DNA of 63,838 bases, the filler included, from Bigelowiella natans CCMP2755 (taxonomy: Eukaryota > Protista > Cercozoa), in the NCBI GenBank assembly GCA_000320545.1. It is 4 parts of 4 records of this genome, joined end to end, with 100 filler letters (N's around TTAATTAATTAA, not from the genome) between each part and the next. Parts side by side here need not be neighbours in the genome. Positions count along the whole stretch, not along the records: positions 48,639 to 61,810 come from ADNK01003046.1; positions 61,911 to 63,838 come from ADNK01003242.1; 2 more parts are not named here. One strand, 5' to 3'. The notes below the pieces were generated by a model. That model ran no database searches. It was not told the DNA's origin and saw only the letters and a list, made by a program, of their open reading frames with translations. Shown here in pieces: positions 49,823 through 62,265 of the stretch. The translations under genes were made by a program, and so were the position numbers. How positions within the stretch are numbered: position 1 is the stretch's first letter; each line of letters begins with the position of its first letter.

Positions 49823-52059
49823 TCAATCCTCGGCGTCAACTTCAATCCTCAGCTTCACTGTTAGACGCGCCCCCTTTCCGTGCAAAAGTGCCGCATGCGC
49901 GGCAGCCATTCGAGCTACAGGCACACGGAAGGGCGAACAAGAGACATTATCAAGGCCGATGCGATGGCAAAACTTTACCGACGCTGGATCGCCTCCGTGC
50001 TCCCCGCACACGCCGATGTTGAGCTTGCGGTTCTTGCTCTCCCTGACCTGCCCGACGCACAGCATCATCATCCGACCCACACCGGCCTGATCCAGCGACT
50101 GGAAAGGATCCTTCTCATAAATCTGCAGCTTCCGCACGTAATGGCCCAAGAAAGACCCGGCGTCGTCGCGAGAGAAGCCACAGGTGAGCTGCGTCAGATC
50201 GTTGGTACCGAACGACATGAACTCAGCGTGCTCGGCGAGTGCATCGGCCGTGAGCGCGGCACGCGGCGTCTCAATCATTACCCCGACTTTGTAGTGGACG
50301 AGTCCCTCGGCCCCAGTGTCCCTGGCGACTTTCTTCACCAGCTCCTTGAGAATGCTGAACTCCTTCAGCTCTGTCACCAGCGGAATCTCGATGCGGGGCT
50401 GCGGCGATTTCCCCGCCTTGGCGAGCTCCACCGCCGCCTCGAATATAGCACGCACCTGCATCACGCTGATCTCGGGATGGACGACTCCTAGCCTACACCC
50501 TCGAAACCCGAGCATCGGGTTGTACTCCTTCATCGCCTCCACGCGCGCCTGGACCTGTTTTTCGTCATGCTTCAGATCGCGCGCAAGCTCCGCGATCTCG
50601 CGCGCGGAGTGAGGGAGGAACTCGTGGAGCGGCGGATCGAGCAGGCGGATGATGACCGGGTTCCCGTCCATGCTCTCCAATATGTCCTTGAAGTCCCCAC
50701 ATTGCAGCGGCAGGAGCTGCGCCAGGGCCGCCTCTCTCTCCCGCCGATTGAACGCTAGGATCATCTCCCGAACGATGTGGATGCGCTCCGGTGCGAAGAA
50801 CATGTGCTCTGTGCGCGTCAGCCCGACACCCTCCGCGCCAAGCTTTCGCGCGAGTGCTGCGTCCTTCGGGGTGTCGGCGTTGGCGAGGACGCGCAGGGAG
50901 CGGAATTCGTCAGCATATTCGAGCAGCGTGCCGACGCTGCCGCCGATTTCTGGCCTCATCACTGGGAGTTTCCCTGTCGTAAAAAGGAGAGATCAGTAGG
51001 ATTTGGAGTCGGAAAAACGTTTATAAGTTTTCCTCCCGTCCACCAGTAAAGCTGCTCTCCATTCAGTCACATCGGCTGTCCCACCCTCATCCCTCTCTCC
51101 CTCAATATATATCAGCTTTCATATCTCTAGCTACTGTGTTCAGAAGTGCATGATGAGTGCGAAAATACTGCTATGAAGACCTAGGTAAACTTTGCCAGTG
51201 GAGCCGTCGAGAGAAAGCCAATCGCCCCTCTTGAGCTGCTGTTTCCCCTTCCCCCTCTTGCTCGTCTTCTTCTGTTTTTCCTCACCGCAGTTTCCTCCTT
51301 TTTGCTTGGTATCGAAGCCACCATCATCGTTGGAATTGTTGTCACTTCCTTTCTCCTCCTCCCCCTCCTCCTCCTCCCCCCCCCCCCCATCTTTCCCCAG
51401 CCACGCTACGTTCCCATCGAACTTGATCTCAAGCTCCGAGCAGCCCGCCACGCAGCACTTGTTCATCCCGCGTGCCACCACGGCCGCGTGCGAGGTCATG
51501 CCCCCCCTCGCCGTGAGGATGCCTTCCGCCGCCTCGATCCCGCCGATGTCCTCGGGAGAGGTCTCGAGCCGCAGCAGGATGCACCGCTTTCCTTCCTCGC
51601 GCCAGCGCGCGGCCTCCTCAGAGGAGAACACAACTTGGCCGACGGCTGCCCCAGGCGACGCAGGAAGCCCTTTGGCGACGTGTGCGGTTTCCTTCAGGGC
51701 CTGCGGGTCGAGCTGATCGTGCATCAGGTTCTCTATCTGCTCAGGGGAGACGCGCAGTACCGCGGTGCGCTTGTCGATGAGCCCCTCCTCCACCATCTCG
51801 GTCGCCATTCGCACAGCGGCGCGCGCGGTTCGCTTGCCGTTGCGGGTCTGCAGGATCCATAGCTTGCCGTTCTGGATCGTGAATTCAATGTCCTGCATGT
51901 TGCGGTAGTGCTTTTCGAGGAGATCGAAGATATCCATCAGCTGCTTGTAGATGCGCGGCATCGTCTGCCTCATATCGGAGATGTGAAGCGGCGTGCGAAT
52001 GCCCGCTACGACGTCCTCGCCCTGCTCGCAAAAGTAGGACACATTCATTCAATGCACAC

Positions 52060-52102
<43 letters not shown>

Positions 52103-53450
52103 ATTGAACGCGTTCACAGAAAGCAAATGGTGATGATGAAAGGTGGCATTCCTTGATTGCAATGTTCTCTTATCTTTAAACGTCACACAAAAATGTCGTT
52201 CCCGTAACCTGCGCATTGACGAGGTATTCGCCGAATTTAACGTTTTCGCCTGAGGAGGATGATGCACAGTAAAAGGCTTATTCGCTGGGCATTAATAACG
52301 TGCTGGGCATGTCTAAAAATATCATCATATTCTTCTATTCTTATTTCTCATCTCGTGTCCTCCAATTCGCACAGATGTGCCATGTCATGCATTGATTCAT
52401 ACTTCATTCCCCCCCCCCCACCCCCCCCACCCCTCTCTCTCCCCCTCCAAACGAGGGTACGTCGCATGTGTACCTGTAGATGGGTTCCTCGTGAAGCCTA
52501 CTCCGGTGGCACAGTCATCGCCCATGTTGCCAAACACCATAGCCTGCACGTTCACCGCAGTTCCAAGATCGTCAGGAATCTCATTCAACGCTCGGTACTT
52601 CCTCGCCCTCGGGTTACCCCACGACCTAAACACAGCGTCCACGGCAATCCGCAGCTGTGCGCGCACGTCCGAGGGGAAGGCCCCCCCTGTGAGCGACTTG
52701 AAGAGAGAGAGATATCGGGCGCACAACGTCTGCATCGCCTCAGCAGTGAGGTCAGTGTCCTGACGAGCCCCTGTCTCCTCCTTGATCGCCTCCAAGAGCT
52801 CCTCGAACAAGCTGTGATCAAGGCCTAGACACACTTCACCAAACATCTGGATGAAGCGCCGGAACGAGTCGTATGCCCACCTGGTGACGTGGCGAAGTAG
52901 AAGTAGCATTAGTTGTATTAGTAGTATTAGTAGCAGTATTATTAGTCGTAGAAGTTATATAGTGGAGACCCTGTCTCGCAGTCCACACAGAGTTTACTAC
53001 CTCATGTTGCCAGAGGCTCTTTCAATCGCCTCCACGTTCTCCGCGTTGAGTCCTAGGTTCAGAACCGTGTCCTGTGGGTTAGGGATTACCCTGAGCGTTG
53101 ACGCGTGGGCGCGAGCGACGACGACGTTTACTTACCATCATGCCCGGCATCGAGATGACAGCACCGCTCCTGACCGAAAGGAGGAGAGGGTCGAGACGGT
53201 CACCGATCTTCTTCCCCAGCTGCTTCTCGAGACGGGAGATGTTAGCCTCGATTTGCTCCTTCAGCCCGCCCGGCCAGGCTTTTGTCTCTGTGAAGCGGAT
53301 GCACGCTTTCGTAGTGATCGTGAAACCGGGAGGCACTGGCAGACCGATGTTCGTCATCTCGGCAAGATTTGCTCCTTTTCCGCCCAAGAGGCTCTTCAGA
53401 TTCTTGTTTCCTTCCTGGAAGTAGTAAACCCACTTCTCGATGTCTCCCAT
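49823..53450 (-). CDS. PPDK: Pyruvate, phosphate dikinase (6 exons), no obvious targeting peptide
   Basis: LLGGKGANLAEM..GLPVPPGFTITT, PLLLSVRSGA..SMPGMM|DTVLNLGLN, AYDSFRRFIQMFG, GTAVNVQAMVFGN, GEYLVNAQ|GEDVVAGIRTP, LQTRNGKRT, GGMTSHAAVVARG (catalytic His), RLLDPPLHEFLP, FGTNDLTQ, GVCGEHGGDP. In-frame stop just upstream of the ATG. Confidence 0.97.
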
Positions 53451-54336
53451 GGTTCGTGGCTTCGTTCAACCCGCAACAAGCTGTGATGCCGCCTTTCTGT
53501 GATAGAGCTCTTCCGTGTGTTGCGCGAGGTAGAACGAGAGGGGTTTGGTCCGTATTCACTGTTTACTGAGAAGGCAAACAGGGAGCGCGGGTTGGGTTTT
53601 GGAAGTGGTGTGGTCGACGCATCGCACGAATCTTCCGGATTCGAACACCCGAAAGCGCAGCGTTTTTCAGCTTAAGTCGCTGCTCTGTCCTTAGCAACAC
53701 GCAGGACCTTTCTCTCCATTCCAGCTCCGAAAACAGGGAAGCGGGCCAAAACCCCCGCGGTTCCCCCGTCGGCCGGATGGGCTTTCTCTCCTTTCAGCAG
53801 AGGCGGAAAAGCCGCGCAGGCTTTGAGTGGGTATCATAAGAGCATCGAGTGGCCGTGGGACTGTACGGAATGCAGAAACTGGAGAAATCATGCGGTGGGA
53901 AGCTATTCCTGGGTTAAAAGTCCCGCTTTTCCGGTCCCCTCGGTCCCTTCCCCCCTGCTCTAGAGCACGAAGCCTCCTACCCTCCCGCGTCGACGTACCC
54001 CTCCTCGGTTCGAGCAGGAGAAAATCCTTTCCGTTTTTGCACCGCGACAATGTGAACAGCGCTTCGGTCAGGAAAAAACTGCCTGTCATTTGCCCTCAAA
54101 AATTGGGGTATCGCATTCCTGGACTGTCTCCACGTTCTCCCGACATTGTTATGTACGGAAGTTTATGCGCGACAAACTTAGATTTTTAAGATTTTTCCTC
54201 AATGATCGTTGTCGCACTTTAAAAAAGGAGTCATGCCGCTGTTCAAGATTCCTGGAGATTCTCCAGGTGGGAAAATGGCGTCGCCCCTGACGGCGAGCCG
54301 CAACGAGTAGCTGCCCCGAGCTGCGAGAGGCAAAGG

Positions 54337-54802
54337 ATGGTGAGTGTACATGTCCTTGATGAGAATTGGCATCGAATAGAATCGTTTTCACCTTACACGA
54401 AGCCTTTGCAGAGCACGCCGATACCGTCGACATCGGTGAAGCTGAAAGTTGCTCCTTCGCTCATCCCTGGCGCAGGTTTTTGCATCTCGCATGAGGCGGG
54501 CAGGGAGGGTTTGTATAATCTTGCTTCCTCTTCGTCGTTAGTCACAATATTGTATCGTGATCAGGGAAGGGGCTGTTCGCGATTGCTCCATTTCGGAAAG
54601 GAAGTGAAATATGCAGATATACAGGTCCTTCAACGAGCGCTGTATTACCATCCAACATTTCTGCTTTGTTTTTGGGCTTTCTCTCCTCCACTCCTCCTTG
54701 ATTCTTTCTTCCCTTCTTCGCCGCTCAGGAACTGTCCTCAGCCTCGCCGATCTCCTTCTGAAGCGCGTGACGAATACCGACTACGTCATGGGTGAGATAG
54801 AG

Positions 54803-54841
<39 letters not shown>

Positions 54842-54863
54842 ATATTTATATATTACATAGATA

Positions 54864-54906
<43 letters not shown>

Positions 54907-55504
54907 CGGTTTTATTTTTAGTTGTTTTTTCCAACAGGTCTTAGCCTGCGGGTACATATCGATGCACAGGGTCATCCAGAAGTTCTCGCAAGGTTAGAAG
55001 CCTATATCATTGAACTCTGTGGGTGCATCTGCGACATTCCGTTGTCAAGTATTGATAAATAATTGTATTGTTTCTGGGTATTTCTTGCTGGCTGAGTTGC
55101 ATGCCCTCTGCTCCCCTCCCCCCCCCCCTCTCGTAAAAGATACATCAACGACATCGCCGATACAAAGAAGCGAAACGCGACGTTCGTCAAGATCCCGAAG
55201 GAGAAAATGGTTAGTTCATCCTCCTGTAGCCTTTCCTTTGCGATTGCTCGGGCGAATATCGCTCTGTTGTAGTAACAGCTTTCCCTGCCTAATAAATATA
55301 GCATGATAAGCGATGCATGCAGTGTTATATGACCGATCAATGTCAAACATATACATTTGTAGGCGAAAGTAGTAGCGCTGCGTGATATTAGGCCTGGAGA
55401 AGAAATATACGCGTCTTATGGGGAAGGGTACTGGAGGAAGCGAGGGGGGTTCCCCAGCGAAATTAGCAGGGCAGCAGAGCAGAAGAATTTCAGGGCTCGA
55501 GTAA
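54337..55504 (+). CDS. Small stand-alone SET-domain lysine methyltransferase (multi-exon)
   Basis: VAPSLIPGA|GKGLFAIAPFRKGSEICRYT|GTVL..DYVM..|IDAQGHPEVLAR|YINDI..RNATF..|VVALRDIRPGEEIYASYGEGYW. Confidence 0.85.
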
Positions 55505-57042
55505 GATGTGGCGCGTTTGTAGTGATCTCCTTTTCTGCGGTGCTTTGCTTCATCAGTCACATTAGGAGGCTGTCGCTTGCTGCTTAGACTTGCGCAGATA
55601 CGTAGGTCCCCGCCATAACAACGTACAGTAATGATAATAGGTCGATCTAGGCGCGTACCATACGTGCCACATTTCTACTAACATTTCCATTGCACCGTGA
55701 TGATGTCATGAGATGGTTTACACTAGTAGTACATGCAACACGTGGCTAGGTGGGGTTGCGATATAGTATTCTGGCAGATGTTCTCGCTATGAACGCCGTG
55801 CGTACGCACATAATCTAGCTAGCTAGGCGGAGGTATATGTATAAATGTAGTAATAATAACAGCTAGACAAGGCTACTACGCTACGCACGCACGCTCGTTT
55901 CGCATTTATGCGATTCAGTGGACGATTAGCGTGTGCACAGATCGATCAGTAGCAGCAGAGGAGCGCATCCGCACAAGCTCACAGCTGGAGCGCTGAGCCG
56001 CGCTGATCAGACATGTGTACATGTGCATGTGCACATGTGATGTCACATGTCCATTGTGCACGCTACATGCTAGCATGGTCGCGATGAACGTCAGATGGGC
56101 AGCTGTGTGTGATGTGCACAAGAAGGACAGCATGCATGACTGAACATTGTCATGAAAGTGCGATGTGTCGACAACAACGACATTGATTCGTTTTTTGTCA
56201 AGCTAGTTAGGCTCTAGGTTGGGAGGAGACCGGACACAAAGCGCGTCGTGATTGTCATGAGAGGACAATGACGTCAGACATTGCGACAAGGGAGTCGAAT
56301 CTGTGCACGCTAGCACGCAAACATGTGCACTACTTGTGGACACACCACTTTGACATTCGCGAATGCATTCACGTGCAGCATGCTAGCATGTGGCAGGCAA
56401 CATGCGGGCATGCTAGCATGTCATGACAGACAAACACAAACATGCAATGCCACACGTTGGACACTTGTGATGGACGTGTGACTGCATGACGCCACATGTC
56501 ACACATGCATGACATCACAACACAATGCAATGCAATGACTTTTCAATGTCACCAACAATCAATGTGCATGAATGACTAGCATGTCACTGTTTCCATTGTT
56601 GTTGCAATGGATTTGATCAACTGTGAGCACAAGGATCAACAAAAATGTCAAAGGACCTCCGGGCCTACCTTATAACCTGCGGGGAAAGAGATGGCACCCT
56701 ACATTGCGGCGCTGCAAAAAAAACAATTGTACCATTACCCGCAAAATCGCGCGCACCAATTATACGCTATAATAATTTGTTGTCACGCACGTGTCAGAAT
56801 AGCACATCGCGTAAAATCATGATAGGGCATTGCATAGATAGCGCAAGGGTGTGCAGGCCAAGCACAGGGCATTTGTGCTTAAAAAGGAAGCATTTGTGAG
56901 CATTGCTGTGACATGATGATGCAATATTTTGCACAAGTTTGCATAATGCAGTGCACGTTACTAGTCATTTAGCGCCGCACAACGCAGTGACAACATAATT
57001 GAAATTGCAACTCTTTAACTGAAAAATAACATCCATCCTTGT

Positions 57043-57288
57043 TCAAAGCAGAATCTTATACTTTTCGGACTGCGGGACGGTGTTTACGATTACAGTGCCA
57101 TCGTAGGACAGAGAAGCGAACACCCACGCGTCGGAGCTCCATGCGATGGAGTATACGGAATCGCGATGGCTTTCATACCTGGCGAGAAAAGATGGGATGA
57201 TTCAAGAATAAGTGCTAAAGGAGATCCCAAAAAACGAAGATCGGTGTAATATTTAAAACCTACATAAGATATAAATTTAGAGATAGTA

Positions 57289-57336
<48 letters not shown>

Positions 57337-57926
57337 CAGCCAGAGGCCCAAGCAAACCTCTTGATGAGCTTATCGCCCTCCTTCTCGCTCATGCTCTCTG
57401 TCGTCTTTCCCTTCCCTCCCCTTTTCGCCTCTTCGTCCCCTCCCTCTCCCTCCTCCTCCTCTTCGTCGTCATAGCCGTCGAGCAGATGCTCTCCGACGGG
57501 GGCGGAAGAGACGGAGACCATAGACCACAGATTGACGTTCGTATCCGTGCCGGACGTTAGGAGCAATTGATCGTGGAAGCGGTTGAATCGCGCGGCACAC
57601 ACCCTTTCATACACAGCAATCGCAACAATAATTACATCATCATCATCATCATCATTATCATCAGAAATATCATCAGAAATATCATCATCATCACCACTAT
57701 CTTTATTAGTATCATCATCATCATCATCATCATCATCATCGGCAGCAGCAGCAGCAATATCATCGTCTCTTTAACAGCAAAGAGGCCGCTGCGCACCAGT
57801 GTGTGTGGCCTCCGAGGCACTTGAGTGGTTGGCTAGCTTTCCTCACATCCCAAAACTGTGCCACCATATCTGTGCCGGCACTCACAATGTGGTAGCTGTG
57901 AGCCATAGAATGAGGGAGGGGGTGGG

Positions 57927-57963
<37 letters not shown>

Positions 57964-59737
57964 CAGTTATTAGACCTAAAATGACAAAAAGAAACTATGG
58001 AGTATTTATAACATATATATAATTTCATCTTTTTTGTGATGTCTGTCTTCTTTAAACCCCTACATCTCCCCCCCCTCTCCTCATAAGCAGTGTGGAATTT
58101 ACGGTCGATTCGGATTGAAGTCGATGTCGAGCACGCGTCCCTGATGAGCGTTTTTAACCGTGATTCCCGCCTTCTTCGTGTTTCGAAAGTCCCAGCAAGT
58201 GATGTCTCTGTTGTTGGCCAGAGGGCAAGATATCGAGAAGGGAGGTGATGGGGGAAGGAGGCATATGAAGGGTGAAAGGCTTGAGGAGGAGACACCCAGA
58301 GATGGAGGACCGAATAGGGATGGAGAGAGGGGGAGAGGGTCGGAGAGAGAGGGGAGGGGGAGACCACTGACTTGTGACTGGCCGCTACAAAAGTCATGTC
58401 CTTGTGCGGGTCGAAACACCCCGTTGTTAGCCCTGATATCTCGGGGGTTTTCAGGCAAGATTTCTGCACGTAGAGGCAAGGCACGCAAGTGAGGGGTGGG
58501 GTAGGAGAAGGGGGGTCAGGGAGACATGCGGGGCGGGGGGGGGGGCGGGGCGTTGCGTTTGCTTTGTTCACTGCAATTTGCTGAGGAAACGAATGCGCTG
58601 TGCCGCGTTCAACGACGAAAATACACGCATCATTATGATGTTGCGAAAAGCGTAGCGTGCCACCTACCTCATCTAGTAGCACGTCAGAGGAGCCTTTGGA
58701 CATCGGCCACCATCTAATACGCTTACTATCAAGTGTCACGATGGCCTCCGGAGCGCTCTCCTCGCCCTCCTCCAACCTGATTGAAGAGGTAATGGTGCGT
58801 GCTTATTTATGCGCGCGAGAGAGAAGCGGTGCAAACGATGACGCGCACGTGCATGTCGTATTCGCGAGCCCTGTCTTTGGTGCCCCTCATCAGCCATCAC
58901 AATCATCAACACTTACACGCTCCATCGCAGCGTCGAAATGGGCCCCTCGTGGCCTTTAAGGTCCACCACATGATTCAATTTTGCCAGTTGGTCAATCATT
59001 TGCGACGACTCCTCCGGAGCCCCTCCGCCCTCCTCAGCCGGGGGCTGCTGATTTTCGTCCAGCTTCCATATGCTGCAGTTCCAACCTTGCTCTGGATGGA
59101 GTAATGGGGGGGGGGGGGGGGGGGGGGTTAGGTATTAGTGTGATGCCTCCCATTCGATAAGAAAGGGAAGAGGGAGCTGATACGAAGTTGTTTTATGTCA
59201 TTCTTTCTCGTTTTCTCTTACGATTTGTGTATGCGGTGGCGAAGAGGTCCTTGTCACAGCTCGAGGCTTCAAGCTGCCATATCTCCCCGGGATGACTGGT
59301 GTACATGCACAAGCAAGCATATTCATCATCTTCTCAGTCTCGTAAGGCAGGAAAAAGTGAAGATGTGCAGAAGAAGCAGATTCCTGGTCGGCCACCTGTA
59401 AACCCCGGTTGCGTCGACTTGCTCGCTATCCTCGCTGTACTCTATAACATGGATCTGCACGCAAGTTTATCACAGTTCAACGCCAGTTGGAAACATCCTG
59501 CTATGATTTGGATCTAGACATGCATCGTACCTCATTCTTTTCCCTGAGAGTGTGCGTTCCTACAATGAACTGATGACACTCACGTTCCCCCAGCCGTGAC
59601 GCCATGCATCGAGCCTAGATTAATGGCCAAAGAGACTGAAAAATCCGCGCGGTGCTACGGGAGGAGGAGGGAAATGAGACCTCATAATTGAGCCCATACG
59701 CCGCGGAGTTGTCCTTAAAATCAGAGCCGGCATGCAT
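57043..59737 (-). CDS. EIPR1: WD40 protein EIPR1/TSSC1 (EARP/GARP-interacting protein)
   Basis: AYGLNYE|[17 protein letters not shown]|IHVIEYSED..|HPGEIWQL; [15 protein letters not shown]; [29 protein letters not shown]; [30 protein letters not shown]. Confidence 0.88.
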
Positions 59738-59859
59738 GCCTCTTCGTGACTGTTCCGATCTTGGGCTCTGCTCTGTCATCAGATGCAATCTAGAAATATT
59801 TTATTAGATATATCTCGCATTTTTCCAATAATAATATTTTTCGAATGCGGAGTGTGCAG

Positions 59860-61810
59860 ATGAGCTCGGGCATGAAGAAAGAGCCGAGCATGCATGGGTA
59901 GATCCAGTATGTAATACTGTCTAATGAATGATGTCGCATCGACGTGCAATTCATGGTCCCATCATCCCCTCGACATAAAGGAAATAATGTCGCACCTTGG
60001 GAACGTCAATGTTGTTGCTGCTGGACACCAGATTAGATTTCGTTGGCAGAACTACTGATTGTCTGCAAAGGAATCTTTGTTCGAACTATTTGCTTCCGTT
60101 GCAAAGAAAATTCAATATGGGACTATAATGATACTGATAATACCGATATTAATTTGCCCAGTGTGCACTTGTTGAGTGTGTTCAGTTGCAGATTGGCTCA
60201 GTGTATCTTCACCTCAAGATAGAACCTTCCCCCTCACCCCTCCCCCCCCCCTTGGCGACAAAGTCAGAAGAGTGGAAGGGAAGAGGCACGTCCATTTGGA
60301 AGAGAGCTGAGACAAAAAGGTGGGAAGAAGTTAGAACAAGTTACTAACCTACCTTAGCAATGATGTTGTATCTAAGCTCCGAAGCGACATCCTGACAAAG
60401 AGAATATTTTCTCGTAAATGTCTGCGTATGTGGTTTGTGGCGGTGATGGGTGTGTGTGTTGTGTTTGTGTGTGTGTGCGCGCGCGGGGGGGGTGGGGGGG
60501 TTAGCCGGCCTTCTTGATAAAGCGAATAATTCCAAACGGGGAAGACTGCTAAAGCAGAGGATGAGCACGGGAGATAAGGTCAATAAACCCCTGACGGAAA
60601 AATAGAATTCACCCCCCCGTGCTCACCTTTTGCACCAAGATCCCAAGATCCCCACGGGGCACTAGGAGGTTTCCCCATGTTCCACTGCGCCGTGAAGGTG
60701 GCCTCATGCTGCTGCTCCTCCCCATCGATTATATCAGAAAGGACTGCGAGGCTTCTTGGACAACTCCACTTTCGGCCGGTTTATGACCTATGTCTCCGGC
60801 CAGGGTCCAGATGAAATGGAGAACAACGGTGCGCCCCGAAAAAATAAGAGCGACTAAGTCCATCCCCCCCCCCATCACCACACACGCACACACGCATACA
60901 CGCACACACGCACACACGCACACACACACAATCACGATCACGACGACCACAACTCTAATCTTGAATGATCCAAATGAGCATCATCCGTCACAGGGGACTC
61001 GCTTGGCTATGGACAAGGAGCTGACACAAGGACCTCGGTACTGCCGAATCGAAACTGTTTTTCTCACATCTCTTGATAAGCTCACTCGAGGATGAGCATT
61101 TGTGGTTTCACGATTCATGGTTTCGCCGGCTGAACATCATTCTCATTTGTCACATTGCAGTCGGCCGAGCTCTCGGGCCGTAGGACGAGAGGTGCTTGGA
61201 ATAAAATACGTGTTTGGAGCTGAGGGGGGTGCAAGAGATAGCATATTGTGGCCATGTCTTCAATGTTGATTTCCCCCCCCCCTTTCCTGCAGGAACAGGA
61301 AAACACGGCGCCGGTTTATCACGCTTTACAACTAGTGCAGGCCAGCGGCGAGACGCAGCGTCCATGCGGTAGGCCTATCATAATGACGGTGTTTGGTTGC
61401 TGCGGGGAAGAAGACTTAAGACAAATGGGTTACGGTCGTGATCATACCTCTCCTCTTTCGCAGGCTGAAACAGGACGCGGCGCTCAGGGCGACGCTTGCA
61501 GCAGAGGTGCTACTGCACACGAGATCCCAGAATCTGCTCACGTCAACATGGATTTAGTTGAAACAAAAATTGCCATCTTATCCACCTACATGCGGACAAC
61601 GCGCGCAAACGCAAAAGCATGCTGTTCAAACGTTTTCTTCTGTTTCAAATAGCTCTGACATGCACACCCCCCGAAACACCCCCCGAAACACCCCCCCCCC
61701 CCTTACTACATCTGATAGCTAGGAGAGGCGAGGACCTTCATGTCTTCTCACCTAAGGACGCACGAGCATTTCTATGGTCACCATCTTCCTCGTTCTCCTC
61801 ACCCTCTCCC
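59860..61810 (+). CDS. 5' part of an unidentified multi-exon gene divergent from EIPR1
   Basis: ATG at about 59860 followed by a GT donor, then a series of short AG..GT-bounded open segments (KGLRGFLDNSTFGRFMTYVSGQ; EQENTAPVYHALQLVQASG). No family recognised. Confidence 0.35.
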
Positions 61811-61910
61811 NNNNNNNNNNNNNNNNNNNNNNNNNNNNNNNNNNNNNNNNNNNNTTAATTAATTAANNNNNNNNNNNNNNNNNNNNNNNNNNNNNNNNNN
61901 NNNNNNNNNN
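61811..61910. other. Assembly gap with artificial linker
   Basis: 44 N + TTAATTAATTAA + 44 N. Confidence 0.97.
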
Positions 61911-62103
61911 GGAAAAAACAGGTGGTGGTAATATCACAAACTTTAAAAAATTAAATAGATAGCATTCAGAGCTCCGTTAGAACACATTACCATGTCCGAC
62001 TCGAGCAAGGTCATCATCATCATGTGTAATTAATGATGATGCGGTCACTGACTGGTGTCGCTGTTGCTATTTCGAATCCTATTGTATTCATGCGTTCACA
62101 CAG

Positions 62104-62265
62104 AAAATGGACGGCAGTAAAAAGAAAAGAAAGAGTGGATCCATCAGTAGTGCAACGAAGAAGAACACACAGCTACTCAGCTCCAAAACCAGAAGACCCT
62201 CGGTCTCAACATCGAAGCAGAAGCGAAAAGAGACGACGGCATCATCTAGGCCAAAGATGGAATGA
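62104..62265 (+). CDS. Probable terminal exon (basic, Ser-rich tail) of an unidentified gene
   Basis: CAG acceptor, then KMDGSKKKRKSGSISS..RPKME*, followed by 3'-flank-type sequence. The reading frame is not certain. Confidence 0.3.
   Translation, partial: KMDGSKKKRKSGSISSATKKNTQLLSSKTRRPSVSTSKQKRKETTASSRPKME

Noticed and set aside
53630-53660. GTTCGAATCC B-box-like motif on the minus strand upstream of PPDK
   Set aside because: The flanks do not pair into a T-stem, and there is no acceptor or anticodon arm.
53691-54189. Overlapping 132-aa and 120-aa ORFs between PPDK and SET
   Set aside because: GC-rich divergent promoter/UTR region with no recognisable domain.
1059-59737. Non-canonical splice sites or an alternative genetic code
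   Set aside because: Every junction I could reconstruct was resolvable with GT-AG, and TAA, TAG and TGA all act as stops at gene ends.
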